64,000 bases of DNA from the NCBI GenBank assembly GCA_036000545.1, contig DASYVD010000004.1, positions 1,260 through 65,259 on the forward strand, in the 5' to 3' direction. Position 1 is the stretch's first letter. Every line of letters begins with the position of its first letter. The position numbers were made by a program, and so were the translations under genes. The notes under the pieces are model-generated. The model made no database searches. It was not told the origin of the DNA and was given only the letters and a program-made list of their open reading frames with translations. Below are positions 39,993 through 49,607 of the stretch, piece after piece. The stretch is from Actinomycetota bacterium. GTDB taxonomy: Bacteria; Actinomycetota; UBA4738; CALAEC01.

Positions 39993-40118
39993 TGCGGTTC
40001 ACGTGATTTCCTCCTGGGAGGCGGCGGACCTATCTCACCCTGCGCAGCGTCTAGACGCCTGCGGACGGAGGCAACTCGGGGCGCCGAGGGCGAAAAGCTC
40101 GCTGCTACTATTGCCGTG

Positions 40119-40190
40119 GCGCCCGTAGCTCAGGGGATAGAGCACCGGCCTCCGGAGCCGGGTGCGGAGGTTCGAATCCTCCCGGGCGCA
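40119..40190 (+). tRNA. tRNA-Arg (anticodon CCG)
   Basis: The cloverleaf has acceptor GCGCCCG/CGGGCGC, D-arm GCTC-AGGGGATA-GAGC, anticodon arm CCGGC-CTCCGGA-GCCGG and T-arm GGAGG-TTCGAAT-CCTCC, with discriminator A. CCA is not encoded. Confidence 0.85.
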
Positions 40191-40314
40191 CACTGCCGGG
40201 GGCGTGCCTGCTCTGCTGATGTTCCCACCCCCGCTCTGCAGGTCAAAGCCTCCGTATAGGATGTGCAGGCACCCGGCCTGCATCACCGGAGGGCTGTCCC
40301 GACGAGGTGGCATC

Positions 40315-40725
40315 ATGAAGATAGACGTCTCGGAGTCGATCGCCCGCCCCCCGGCCGATGTGTTCCGCTTCGTGGCAACGGACCACGTCGAGAACCATCC
40401 GCGCTGGGATCCGCAAATGAACCTGGTTCAGGAGACGCCGGGCCCCATCGGCGTCGGCACCAGGATCCGCCGGCGCCATACTCGTGGGGAGACCCCGGTC
40501 GAGGGTGAGATGGAGGTCGTTGAGTTCGACCCCGGCCGCTCGATGGCGGCGGTGATCCGCGACGGCCCCATGGAGCTCCGCTCGCGGATGATCGTGGAGC
40601 CCGAGGGAGAGGAGCGCACCCGGCTGACGTTCGAGGTCGAATCGGATGCCCCCCTCGAGATGATGGAGGATCCGATCCGGGGGAGCCTCCGGCGGATCAA
40701 GGAGCTCATCGAGGCTGAAGCATAG
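40315..40725 (+). CDS. SRPBCC (polyketide cyclase/dehydrase-like START fold) family protein
   Basis: It is 136 aa from MKIDVSESIARPPADVFRFVATDHVENHPRWDP. The track ORF 40162 start overlaps the tRNA and was rejected. Confidence 0.7.
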   Translation: MKIDVSESIARPPADVFRFVATDHVENHPRWDPQMNLVQETPGPIGVGTRIRRRHTRGETPVEGEMEVVEFDPGRSMAAVIRDGPMELRSRMIVEPEGEERTRLTFEVESDAPLEMMEDPIRGSLRRIKELIEAEA

Positions 40726-40974
40726 GGCGGTTCCTCGGAGTCGCCGCATGGCTCCGGACCGATACCCGACCTACCCCAACACTTAGGTCGACCTGAGTTC
40801 GAACCGGTCTCCAACGATTCTGACCCGTCGTCCCGGCACCTCCCGGGCGGCCGAAAGTCTGAGCGGACCGAGGCGCGACCCTCGTGGCGGGTCACGCCTC
40901 TTACACGGGCGCAATGGTCCGCACTGCGCGCCCTCTAGCTTCTAACCGGGACCGCACATCAGCTCCGGCCGTGG

Positions 40975-41282
40975 AGCGGGGAGAAATCGGGAGTTCCCCG
41001 GAGGCCGTGGAGAAATCGTGAAGGCTGGGCACTCGACCGTTCCAGAGCCCGCCGGAAACTTCAGCTCCCGCCCATCACGGAGAACCGCTGCTCGCATAAC
41101 GACCCTGAGCGTCCCGCGCCGCTTCAGGCGACCGACCAAGACTGGCCTTCCGCACCTCGAAACTCCCGTTGACGATCAGCCCGCCACTCGAATCAGCAGG
41201 TCGTTGCGGTGCCCATGTTTTCGGTGTCCCTCCGGGGGCACGTGGAGAAATCGTGGAGTCTCTCTCCCCGATCTCTCCACGC
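40975..41282. promoter_or_regulatory. Cluster of 4 copies of a GGAGAAATCG(T/G)G motif (3 direct, 1 inverted) in a 600-bp non-coding gap between convergent genes
   Basis: GGGGAGAAATCGGGAG, GTGGAGAAATCGTGAAGG and GTGGAGAAATCGTGGAG are the direct copies. GATCTCTCCAC is the inverted copy. No convincing CDS is present. Confidence 0.4.
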
Positions 41283-41323
41283 CGGCTCCCTGCGTCCCGC
41301 CCGCGGGGAAGTGGCGAGGACGC

Positions 41324-41947
41324 TCAGCGGTTCACCCGGCCGCCCACGAGCACCCGGCGGCGCACAGCCACAGCAGCGAGTGACAGGGCGGCCAACCCCA
41401 CGAGAACCACGACGATGCCCGCCCACGGCGCCGTCTGGGCCCCTGGTGCGGTATCTGGGGCACGCTCGCGAGTGGCGACCGAGGCAACGGGATTCGTTTC
41501 CGGCAGGCCGTGTTTCACGAGGTAATGGAAGAAGCCGAGGGAGCTCTGGTACCAGCCGGCAGTGATCGGCATGTTGACACCGGCTGTCAGCTCCTGGCCC
41601 GGCGGGGTATACGTCACCGGCCCGCCCTTCGCGTACGGATACAGGTCCTGTCGGATGAGGACGTCGCTGAAGTCGAACCGGTAGGTCACGAGGTACCTGG
41701 GCCCCAGATCCGCGGGAGTCCGTCCCAACTCCTCGACCGAGTCGGCCCGGGTGTCGTCCAGACCGCCCGCCACATCGATCCCGGACTCCCATAGTCCCTC
41801 CGTGTCGGGGGCTTCGATCCTCAGCCCGCCTCCGAGTCCCGGGCCGGTGATGTTGGCCTCGGCGACGGACGCCTTGGCCGATGCGGGTCCAGCGGTGACC
41901 ACGGTCGATATCGCCACCAGTCCTGCGAACAGCACCCGTGCTCTCAT
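41324..41947 (-). CDS. Secreted hypothetical protein with an LPETN-like motif, C-terminal TM helix and basic tail (sortase-substrate-like architecture)
   Basis: The signal peptide is MRARVLFAGLVAISTVVTAGPASA. The C-terminus has HGLPETNPV..., then 29 aa, then GIVVVLVGLAALSLAAVAV and RRRVLVGGRVNR. Confidence 0.55.
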   Translation of the reverse strand: MRARVLFAGLVAISTVVTAGPASAKASVAEANITGPGLGGGLRIEAPDTEGLWESGIDVAGGLDDTRADSVEELGRTPADLGPRYLVTYRFDFSDVLIRQDLYPYAKGGPVTYTPPGQELTAGVNMPITAGWYQSSLGFFHYLVKHGLPETNPVASVATRERAPDTAPGAQTAPWAGIVVVLVGLAALSLAAVAVRRRVLVGGRVNR

Positions 41948-42382
41948 GGTCCTTCATCCTTACTCGGCTGCCTGCAGTACACCGCCAGTGGCTCGCCGGT
42001 TCCCTTCCCATTTCCCCAGGATTTCGGCGTTACCCACAGGCCCGGACCTGCGACGGCCGGGTTCGTACCACTGCACCTCCGCCTCTGCGATCGGGAATCG
42101 AACTCACGGGGTTCGGCGGCGGTAGTAACCGCCTCGCCGAATCTTGGCGTGGCGCTTGCTGAGAGCAACCGGCAGCCCTTCTACCTGCGGATACTTTTTC
42201 GACTTCTGTCCAGTTGGGTGCACCTAGGGCGTCTCCACAGACAACCCGACCAATGAAACGCCCCCCGCGAGCGGCTGGTTTATCGGATTCCTCGCATCTT
42301 TTCGAGTATGGCAAGGGTTCCGTAAGGGTCCGATAAGCCGCAGCCCCTACCGTAGACCCGTCCATACCGCGGAGGTGGTCGC

Positions 42383-43288
42383 ATGCGAGGGAACCGATCC
42401 CGGCGACTGGCCGGCACGCTCTTGCTTGCTCTCGGTCTCGCCACCGGCGTGTCAACGGGCGCGAGCGCTTCGCATCTACGGCCCGCCCACGAGATCAAGC
42501 TGCGCGTCGAGCGCCTGCAGCGGCTCGAGGGCGCCTTCTACGAGCTCTGGGTCGTCAAGGGGACCCGGAAGGAATCCGCCGGGTCGTTCAACGTTACCGA
42601 CAGCGGGCGGCTGGAGGACGGGTTCGGCCACCGGGCCCGGTTCTTCTCTCGGATCGATCCCGCACAGGCCGACGCCCTGGTCGTGACGATCGAGCCGCTT
42701 CCTGACCCGGACCCAGGCCCGAGCGGGATCGCCATCCTCACGGGCGCACCTGGCCGCCACGACGCGATGCTTCGCTTCCCCGTGAACCAGCGGCGCATGA
42801 GGGGATCCTTCATCCTCGCCACTCCTACCGACTCGGACAGCACCAACGAGACGGCCGGCGTGTGGTTCCTCGATCCGGCGGCCGGCCCGGGACCTTCGCT
42901 CATCCTTCCCCAGCTTCCCGGTGGCTGGGTGTTCGAGGGCTGGGGGGTCACCCAGGGACACCCCCTCACGACGGGGCGGTTCACCGCGGCCTCGGGTGCC
43001 GACTCGGCGGCGCCTTTCTCCGGACCGAACCCCGGGCCACCGTTTCCGGGAGAGGACTTCTTGATGAATCTGCCGCCGGAGATCACCCGGCCCGTCGACC
43101 TGGCCGACGGCAGCTCGGCCATCGTCCTCACCCTGGAGCCGGACCTCTCCGGCGTGGACCCCACTGGCGAAGGCCCATTCTCGATCAAGCCGCTTCTGGC
43201 AGCTGTGCCGGCGGGCGCGGCGGATCACACGTCGATCGAGCTTTCCCTGGATCTGAGCACCGTCCCCATCGGGAGGGCGACCTACTGA
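42383..43288 (+). CDS. Secreted protein with two tandem anti-sigma-K-factor RskA C-terminal-like domains (no N-terminal anti-sigma domain)
   Basis: It has a signal peptide. Copy 1 reads AFYELWVVKG...ESAGSF...LVVTIEPLPDPDPGPSG and copy 2 reads GVWFLDPAAG...GRFTAASG...IVLTLEPDLSGVDPTGEGP. Confidence 0.65.
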   Translation: MRGNRSRRLAGTLLLALGLATGVSTGASASHLRPAHEIKLRVERLQRLEGAFYELWVVKGTRKESAGSFNVTDSGRLEDGFGHRARFFSRIDPAQADALVVTIEPLPDPDPGPSGIAILTGAPGRHDAMLRFPVNQRRMRGSFILATPTDSDSTNETAGVWFLDPAAGPGPSLILPQLPGGWVFEGWGVTQGHPLTTGRFTAASGADSAAPFSGPNPGPPFPGEDFLMNLPPEITRPVDLADGSSAIVLTLEPDLSGVDPTGEGPFSIKPLLAAVPAGAADHTSIELSLDLSTVPIGRATY

Positions 43289-43318
43289 GGCTGGCCGCCC
43301 CAGTGTGACCGCGGTCGT

Positions 43319-44404
43319 TCACACGGACGGAGCGAACCGGAGGTCACGCGTTTCGGCGTCGGCGGCTACGAAGGCGAGCAGCCGTGCGCCCTCCTCGGCC
43401 ACGGCGGTGCGGTCCCGTGGCGCCAGTGGCTCGAAGGGCTCGATCACCAGGCTCGCTCCGCCGCCGACGCGCTGCAGCTTCCAAGTTGCGCGGACGAAGC
43501 CGTCCACCAGCACCGTGGGCGTCCCGATGCCGAGCCTGCGGTCCTGGTCGGAGATGATGCGGCTGCGGTCGTCGTGGGAGAGAAGCACATTGTCGAACTG
43601 TGGCAGGAAGCGAGGTGGGGCTGGTGTGTCCGGGTCGGGCCGGGGCGCATCGGGCAAGTCGAACAGCTCGCGGCCGCGCTCGTCCCGGAAGGTGCGCAGG
43701 TGTGGGCGGAGTCGTTCGACCACCTCGCGCAGGCCGGTCAGCCAGGACCACGTCCGGATGTCTGCGACCGTTGCCGGGCCGAACGCCGCCAGGTACCGCC
43801 TGACCATCTCGTCGGGCGAAGGGTCGGGATCCAGGGCACGGCCGAGCCAGGCCTCCACCGTGGTCCAGATAGCCTGCCCGCTGACTCCCCAGACCCCGCG
43901 GGGCGGCATCTGGACCACTGGGACCAGGAAGCGGATGGCGTACGCGAGGGATGCTGCATCGCGATCTGTCCAACGCTCTCCTAGGATCTCCCGCAGCGCC
44001 GCGGTGGTGCGCGGCCGTTCCTCGACGAGGGTCCGCCCCGCCGTCAGGAGCGCTTCCATGTCCATCCCTTCGAGGTTCCGGCGGAACGGGCTGGTCGAGA
44101 AGGCGCGTTCCAAGACCGACTGGACGACGGGGCGAAGCGCCACACAGTCGCGCGCGGTCACCAGGTGCAGCGTCGTGCGGATCAGCGGGACGCGCACCGC
44201 CTGTCGGTCGTTGATCATCTGGGCCAGCTCATCCGGGCGGAAGCCGTGCAGCCGCGTCCACAGCCCGAGGTAGGGATCGGTCGGGACCTGCGCCTGCATG
44301 CCGACAAGCCGCTCGATCGCATCGTAGGCAGGGAGCTTCCGGCGACGGAGCAGCATATGCCGCTCGAGCAGCGAGCGGTTGAGCGCGCGCCGGCCGAGGA
44401 CGGG
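43319..44404 (-). CDS. Winged-helix DNA glycosylase-like protein (YcaQ/AlkZ family)
   Basis: The length and motifs match the HTH_42/YcaQ family ([22 protein letters not shown]...). The start was trimmed to a GTG to avoid overlap with the upstream gene. Confidence 0.65.
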   Translation of the reverse strand, partial: PVLGRRALNRSLLERHMLLRRRKLPAYDAIERLVGMQAQVPTDPYLGLWTRLHGFRPDELAQMINDRQAVRVPLIRTTLHLVTARDCVALRPVVQSVLERAFSTSPFRRNLEGMDMEALLTAGRTLVEERPRTTAALREILGERWTDRDAASLAYAIRFLVPVVQMPPRGVWGVSGQAIWTTVEAWLGRALDPDPSPDEMVRRYLAAFGPATVADIRTWSWLTGLREVVERLRPHLRTFRDERGRELFDLPDAPRPDPDTPAPPRFLPQFDNVLLSHDDRSRIISDQDRRLGIGTPTVLVDGFVRATWKLQRVGGGASLVIEPFEPLAPRDRTAVAEEGARLLAFVAADAETRDLRFAPSV

Positions 44405-44412
44405 AACCGAGG

Positions 44413-45243
44413 CTATCCCAGGCCTCGGGCGTCCTGCTTCAGCGCGGTGTCGACCGCCAGCGAAGCGGCCACCACGAGGCTCCGCAGGGGATCCTCGAGC
44501 GGCCGGTGGATCTGAACCACGTAATTGTCGGCCGTCGTGAACAGGGTCTTGGCCAGGCCCTCCCACGTCTTCGTGATCCGAGCGACTTCCATCCCCGACT
44601 GGTCCTGAATGTTGAAGTTCCACGCCCGCCAGTTCTCCGCGTTGATCGAGCCGCACGCCTGACCACCGGCCTCGAGCGAGAACCGGATCTTCCCGATGAC
44701 GTTCTGCTGGACGATCTGGCCGATCTCCCGGCCGCCGGCGTCCTCTACGACGATTCGTGACTTGAGGAGCTTCGCGGGTCGCGTGAGCCGCAGGATGACG
44801 CTACCCCTCGTGTCGACGATCTCGAGTCGATGAGTCAGGTACTGATCCAGCGAGGTGAGCAGCCGCAGGGCCTTGCGGGCGGTGCTCTGGCCGACCTGTC
44901 GAACGGCGCCGATCTGGTTCGCCTCGCGATCGAAGACCGCGTACTCGTTGGTCAGCTCGAAGATCTTGGCCTTCTGGTTGACCACGAGCACGGGCTCGGT
45001 GAGCACGGTGCCGCCGCCGGGCATCCCCGCTCCCTGGGCGCCCGCCCGGGTCACGTCTTGACGGATCTTGTCCGGCGAGCGCTGGACGGTAGGGACCGTC
45101 GGGCTGCCTACTGGCTCATCCATGCTCGTTTGACCACCGGTGGAGACGTGAGCAGTCCACGCTCGTCCGTCCCAGTACCGCAGCTCGTCCCGGCCCAGCG
45201 GGTCGGGGTACCAGCCGGCCGCGGCTTCGCCTCCGCTGGTCAC
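44413..45243 (-). CDS. DUF2510 (N-terminal) plus LURP-one-related/scramblase-like (Tubby C-2) domain protein
   Basis: The N-terminus reads [24 protein letters not shown]. The C-terminus has a LOR-like fold. Confidence 0.65.
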   Translation of the reverse strand: MTSGGEAAAGWYPDPLGRDELRYWDGRAWTAHVSTGGQTSMDEPVGSPTVPTVQRSPDKIRQDVTRAGAQGAGMPGGGTVLTEPVLVVNQKAKIFELTNEYAVFDREANQIGAVRQVGQSTARKALRLLTSLDQYLTHRLEIVDTRGSVILRLTRPAKLLKSRIVVEDAGGREIGQIVQQNVIGKIRFSLEAGGQACGSINAENWRAWNFNIQDQSGMEVARITKTWEGLAKTLFTTADNYVVQIHRPLEDPLRSLVVAASLAVDTALKQDARGLG

Positions 45244-45356
45244 GGCCGGGACGCTACCAGGTCGGGGCGCGATATGCGCGAATGGGAGTCGGACGTGGCG
45301 GGTGCTTCCTTCTCACTCTCCTGCGAGGGCCGACCGGCCCTCTCGCCGTCGCCCTA

Positions 45357-46463
45357 TCAGGCGACGGCCTGTTGCTCCGAGGCCGGCGGATCGGGAGGCG
45401 GTGGCAAGACCGCTCGAACGCCGGCCGCGCTGACACCGGGAACCAGGCGAGTGGCCTGGCCGGAGCGCCACGCGTACAGGGTTCCCTCTCCCTCGCAACC
45501 AGCCTCACGCGCCAGCACGAGGAGCTCGCCATTCGGGAGCCATCCGACCGGCTCGGTCGAGAGCCCTTTGAGCTCCCCTGCCAGCTCCGTGACGGCACCG
45601 TCCCACACTCGCGTCGTGTTGCCCTCTTCGCAGGAGCCCACGGTGTAGGCGACGTTCTCCGAGATGAACTCGGAGGCGATCACGTCCCCCATCTCCGTGG
45701 AAGCGGTATCGAGCCTCCCGAGCTCGGCATCACGGGTCGCGCCTTTCTTGTCCTGCAAGGCCAGGCGAAGCGAGTGGACGTCGTATCGATCGTCGTGTTC
45801 CGCCGCGTAGTAGATCGTCGTGCCGTCGTGCGCGAACGAGAGGGAGAAGATCCTTCGAGCGTCTTCGCCGATCGCGAGGAGTTGGACATCCTTTCCCACG
45901 TTCGTGGCCAGCCACAGACCGTAGGTTCCGTCTTCAGCGGTTCCAGTAACCGCGACATGCGTTCCTGCAGGGTGATAGACGACCTCATCGTGGTCGGCGA
46001 GGAACGAGATGTCGGCGGGCTCGTCGCTGAACGCATCCACCTTCATCAGCCGCCCCTCCGACACGTAGACGATCGCCCGCCCGGTCGGTCGAGACCAGGC
46101 GATCGACTCGGAGACGTCGTCGAGGGAGACGACTCCCTCGCCCTCGTACCTGCGGAGATCGCCGAAGCTCACGCGATCACCCTCTGGGCCCCAGTCGAGA
46201 TCCAACGCCTGAGGGATCTCGAGGACGCAACGCGCGACGGTCCCGGATCGGCGGGCCACGTACAGTTCTGAGCCGAGGACGAAGCTCACCTCGGACCCGT
46301 GAAGTCTGCGGAGACCGCCACATCCTCCGGTGATCTGGAACACGCCGGCGCCACCGGGCTGAGAAGGCGACGGCCCGTCGGTGTTCGGCCCCTGCCCTTG
46401 GGGCGTGCAGCCCACCGCGAGGAGGAACCAGCAGATCACCGGGGCAAGGAGCCTTAGCTTCAC
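45357..46463 (-). CDS. Lipoprotein with predicted beta-propeller (TolB/WD40-like) fold
   Basis: The signal plus lipobox is MKLRLLAPVICWFLLAVGCT. Repeated strand/turn patterns follow. Confidence 0.6.
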   Translation of the reverse strand: MKLRLLAPVICWFLLAVGCTPQGQGPNTDGPSPSQPGGAGVFQITGGCGGLRRLHGSEVSFVLGSELYVARRSGTVARCVLEIPQALDLDWGPEGDRVSFGDLRRYEGEGVVSLDDVSESIAWSRPTGRAIVYVSEGRLMKVDAFSDEPADISFLADHDEVVYHPAGTHVAVTGTAEDGTYGLWLATNVGKDVQLLAIGEDARRIFSLSFAHDGTTIYYAAEHDDRYDVHSLRLALQDKKGATRDAELGRLDTASTEMGDVIASEFISENVAYTVGSCEEGNTTRVWDGAVTELAGELKGLSTEPVGWLPNGELLVLAREAGCEGEGTLYAWRSGQATRLVPGVSAAGVRAVLPPPPDPPASEQQAVA

Positions 46464-46539
46464 GCGCCCAGCAGCCTACCGCTTCGGGCCGTTCGGCTGC
46501 GGACCGCCCAACGAGAGCTCGGGCCCGGAGCTGGCCGCC

Positions 46540-46857
46540 CTACGCGATCAGCCGGAACGTCGCGGTGGCTGCCGCGGCAACGACGACCACGACGAGCACG
46601 GGCGCACGGAGGGCGAGCGCCACGAGAGCCACAGAGAGGCCTAGGACGCGCTCGTCCAGAACAAGGCTGCGGCCGAAGCCGAACACCTGAGTGGCAACCA
46701 GCGCCGCCAGAAGCGCCGGGGCCAAGAGCGTCACGACATCCAGCACGCGAGGGGGAAGCTCTCGTCCGCCGAGGATCACCGGGCCGGTCGCCTTGATCAG
46801 CATCGTGGCGACGCCGATCACGGCGATGGCTATCCATCCCGCGCTCACGATCTCCGG
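46540..46857 (-). CDS. azlD: Branched-chain amino acid exporter small subunit AzlD
   Basis: It is a 105-aa hydrophobic protein. Its GTG start overlaps the azlC stop (GTGA). The start was trimmed from the ORF 46540..47211. Confidence 0.7.
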   Translation of the reverse strand, partial: PEIVSAGWIAIAVIGVATMLIKATGPVILGGRELPPRVLDVVTLLAPALLAALVATQVFGFGRSLVLDERVLGLSVALVALALRAPVLVVVVVAAAATATFRLIA

Positions 46858-47513
46858 AGCCCCACGAGACAACCAGCGCTGGCGGCCAGGATGGGCAGCC
46901 CTAGTGGGACGAACGGCGTGAGGACGAGCGCGATGGACGCCCCCAGGACCGCAGCCACGATGCCTCGCCTCTCGCGGAGCTGCGACCACAGTAGGGCAAG
47001 GAACAACGCGGGGAAGGCTGCGTCGAGGCCGAGCGCCGTCGGATCGCCTATCGCCTGCGCCCCAAGGGCCCCGAGCGCGGTGGTGCTGACCCACGTGACG
47101 TAGAGAACGGCACCGGCGCCGATCAGCAGCCCGCGGTCGAATCGGCCACCTCGATTGGCGATGGCCCAGGACTCGTCCACCACGAGCTGAGCGAGGAGGA
47201 AGCGCTTCCACAGGGAACCACCCAGTACCGGTGCCACCGAGACCCCGATGGGCGCGTATCGAGCGTTCAGGAGGATGGCCGCGACCACAGCCGCCGCCAC
47301 GGCTCCACCGGCATCGAGGATCGAGGCCGCGGCGAACTGAGCGGAGCCCGCGAAGGTAGTGGCGGACATGACCACGGCGCCGAGAGACCCGAATCCCGCC
47401 GATCGGGCCAACAGGCCGAAGGGGATGCCGAACGCTCCCACCGCCACCGCGAAGGGAAGAGCCGCGCGCGCGCCATCACGGAACCGAGAGGAGGGCATCG
47501 GTTGGCGGAGCAT
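46845..47513 (-). CDS. azlC: AzlC family branched-chain amino acid exporter permease
   Basis: The AzlC-like TM protein starts MLRQPMPSSRFRDGARAALPFAVAVGAFGIPFG. Confidence 0.75.
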   Translation of the reverse strand: MLRQPMPSSRFRDGARAALPFAVAVGAFGIPFGLLARSAGFGSLGAVVMSATTFAGSAQFAAASILDAGGAVAAAVVAAILLNARYAPIGVSVAPVLGGSLWKRFLLAQLVVDESWAIANRGGRFDRGLLIGAGAVLYVTWVSTTALGALGAQAIGDPTALGLDAAFPALFLALLWSQLRERRGIVAAVLGASIALVLTPFVPLGLPILAASAGCLVGLRRS

Positions 47514-47547
47514 AGCGCTCGCCCGGGGAGGAACTTGAGCTCCCTCG

Positions 47548-48018
47548 GTGCCCCAACACACGGAACTCTGGACGTGCCCGAAGTGCGGAAGGCGGTTCGT
47601 CTCCCGCAACATGTGGCACGCCTGCGGCTACTACTCGGTGGACGGGTTCCTGGAGGGAAAGGGTCCAGGGGCCCGCAAGCTATTCGATCGATTCGAAGAG
47701 CCGATCCAGCGTGTGGCCCGTGTGAGCTCGCGCCGGCGAAGACACGGGTGGCGTTCATGGGCCGGGTTCGATTCGCCGGCGTAACCAGGTGAGCGATCGA
47801 GGGATGGCGCTCGCCTTCGGAATGCCCAGATCCCTGTCCCATCCACGGGTCCGCAAGATCGGCGGTTCGGCCCCACGTGGCACGTTCACACCGTCCGGAT
47901 CAGCTCGCTCGAGGAACTCGACGACGAGCTCCTGGAGTGGCTTCGCGAGTCGTACCACCAGATGGGGATGCAGGAGCGACTGGCTAACTGGAAGCCGGCT
48001 CCGGTGCGGGAGCGCTGA
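47548..48018 (+). pseudogene. DUF5655 (zinc-ribbon) family gene split across four reading frames
   Basis: Frame 1 gives MPQHTELWTCPKCGRRFVSRNMWHACG...LFDRFEE. A shift gives CGPCELAPAKTRVAFMGRVRFAGV. A second shift gives DRGMALAFGMPRSLSHPRVRKIGGSAP. A third shift gives TWHVHTVRISSLEELDDELLEWLRESY...VRER*. Together these reconstitute a full-length family member. Confidence 0.5.
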
Positions 48019-48025
48019 GCCCCGG

Positions 48026-48493
48026 TTACCTGGCGGCCGCCGCCCGGCCTCTGGCCAACTCGGCGTCGGCATCCGCCACCTTGCGAAGGAGATCGCGCAG
48101 CTGGCGCTGCTCGGCGGCGGTGAGCGCGCTGAACGAGGAGGGGGGCTCGTGGAGCACCTCGAAGGCGCGTTTCCTGGCTGCGATGCCCTCCTCGGTGAGG
48201 GCGATCATCTTCACCCGGCGGTCGGTAGGGTGGGGCCTTCGCTCGGTCAGGCCTCGCTCCTCCAGCGCGTCGGCCAGGTTGGTCACGTACGACGCGTCAC
48301 ACCGCCAGTGGTCGGCGAGGTCCCGCATGGGCAGGCCCTCGCCGGGTTCGAGGTGGAAGAGCGTCTTCAAAAGACCCGGGGACACTCCGACAGCGGCGCT
48401 CGCCTCGGTCATTCGGGTATGAGCCTCACCATCGAAGATGAGCTCGAAGATGGTGCGCCACGCCTCCCGACCTGCCCTGGTGTTCACGTCCAC
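48026..48493 (-). CDS. MarR family transcriptional regulator
   Basis: The winged HTH reads LPMRDLADHWRCDASYVTNLADALEERGLTERRPHPTDRRVKMIALTEEG. Confidence 0.8.
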   Translation of the reverse strand: MDVNTRAGREAWRTIFELIFDGEAHTRMTEASAAVGVSPGLLKTLFHLEPGEGLPMRDLADHWRCDASYVTNLADALEERGLTERRPHPTDRRVKMIALTEEGIAARKRAFEVLHEPPSSFSALTAAEQRQLRDLLRKVADADAELARGRAAAAR

Positions 48494-48620
48494 ATGCTAC
48501 TTCGTTCATGGACGGACGTCAACCATCCAGTTGACTCAAGCAAACACTTGACAATCCTCAAAGGTTGGGGGTAGCCTAGGTCCCACGACAGACTGGGACG
48601 GAAACGGAAGGATCCCTGCC

Positions 48621-49607
48621 ATGAGCGACAAAGCCATCCTCGTCGAGGGACTCGCCAAGAGCTTCGGGCCCGTGGCGGCGCTCGACGGCATCGACTTCGA
48701 CGTTCCACCCGCGAGCGTGTTCGGGCTGCTGGGCCCGAACGGAGCCGGGAAGACGACTGCGGTGCGCATCCTGACCACGATCCTGATCCCCGACGGGGGG
48801 CGGGCAGAGGTGCTCGGTCACGACGTGGTCCGCGATCCCTGGGCCGTTCGCAGTCGCATCGGCCTCGCCGGGCAAAACGCTGCCGTCGACCCGAACCTCA
48901 CCGGCCGCGAGAACCTCCGGCTCGTCGGTCGCCTCGCCCACGTCGCTCGTCATCTGATCGGCCCGCGCACCGACGAGCTGCTGGAGCGATTCGATCTCTC
49001 CGACGCGGCCGACCGACCCGTGCGCACGTACTCGGGCGGGATGCGCCGGCGTCTCGACGTGAGCGCGGCCCTCGTCCAGCGGCCCGAGGTGCTGTTCCTG
49101 GACGAGCCCACGACCGGACTCGACCTCCGCAGCCGGAACGAGCTGTGGGAGATGATCCGCGAGCTCGTCGCCGAAGGCACCACGGTCTTGCTCACCACGC
49201 AGTATCTGGAGGAGGCCGACCGGTTGACCCACAACATCGCCGTGGTGGACCACGGTCATGTCATCGCCCGAGGCACCCCGGCCGATCTCAAATCGCGACT
49301 CGGCAGCACGGTGATCGAGATCGGGATGGCCGACGAGCACCAGGCCATACGAGCCGAAGGAGTGCTGGCCCCTTACGTTCCCGGGAAGCCCGAGCGCGAG
49401 GGCGCGCTGGTGCGCGTCACCTCGGATGACGGGCCACGCGTCCTGATCGAGGTGCTCCGGTCTCTCGACGCCCACGAGCTCGCTCCCGGGAGCCTCACGG
49501 TCCGGGAGCCGAGCCTCGATGACGTGTTCCTCGCCCTCACCGGGCGGCACGCCGAGCCCGAACCGACCCCAGACAGAGAAGCCGTTCCCACAGGAGGTGC
49601 CGCGTGA
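48621..49607 (+). CDS. ABC transporter ATP-binding protein (DrrA-like ABC-2 exporter)
   Basis: It carries Walker A GPNGAGKTT, the YSGGMRRRLDV signature and Walker B LFLDEPTTGLD. It lies divergent from marR. Confidence 0.85.
   Translation: MSDKAILVEGLAKSFGPVAALDGIDFDVPPASVFGLLGPNGAGKTTAVRILTTILIPDGGRAEVLGHDVVRDPWAVRSRIGLAGQNAAVDPNLTGRENLRLVGRLAHVARHLIGPRTDELLERFDLSDAADRPVRTYSGGMRRRLDVSAALVQRPEVLFLDEPTTGLDLRSRNELWEMIRELVAEGTTVLLTTQYLEEADRLTHNIAVVDHGHVIARGTPADLKSRLGSTVIEIGMADEHQAIRAEGVLAPYVPGKPEREGALVRVTSDDGPRVLIEVLRSLDAHELAPGSLTVREPSLDDVFLALTGRHAEPEPTPDREAVPTGGAA

Noticed and set aside
42085-42125. GGGAATCGAACTC tRNA T-arm-like sequence in the 41947-42383 gap
   Set aside because: I could not build complementary T-stem or acceptor stems on either strand. 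It is not a tRNA or an obvious att-site duplicate of the tRNA-Arg 3' end.
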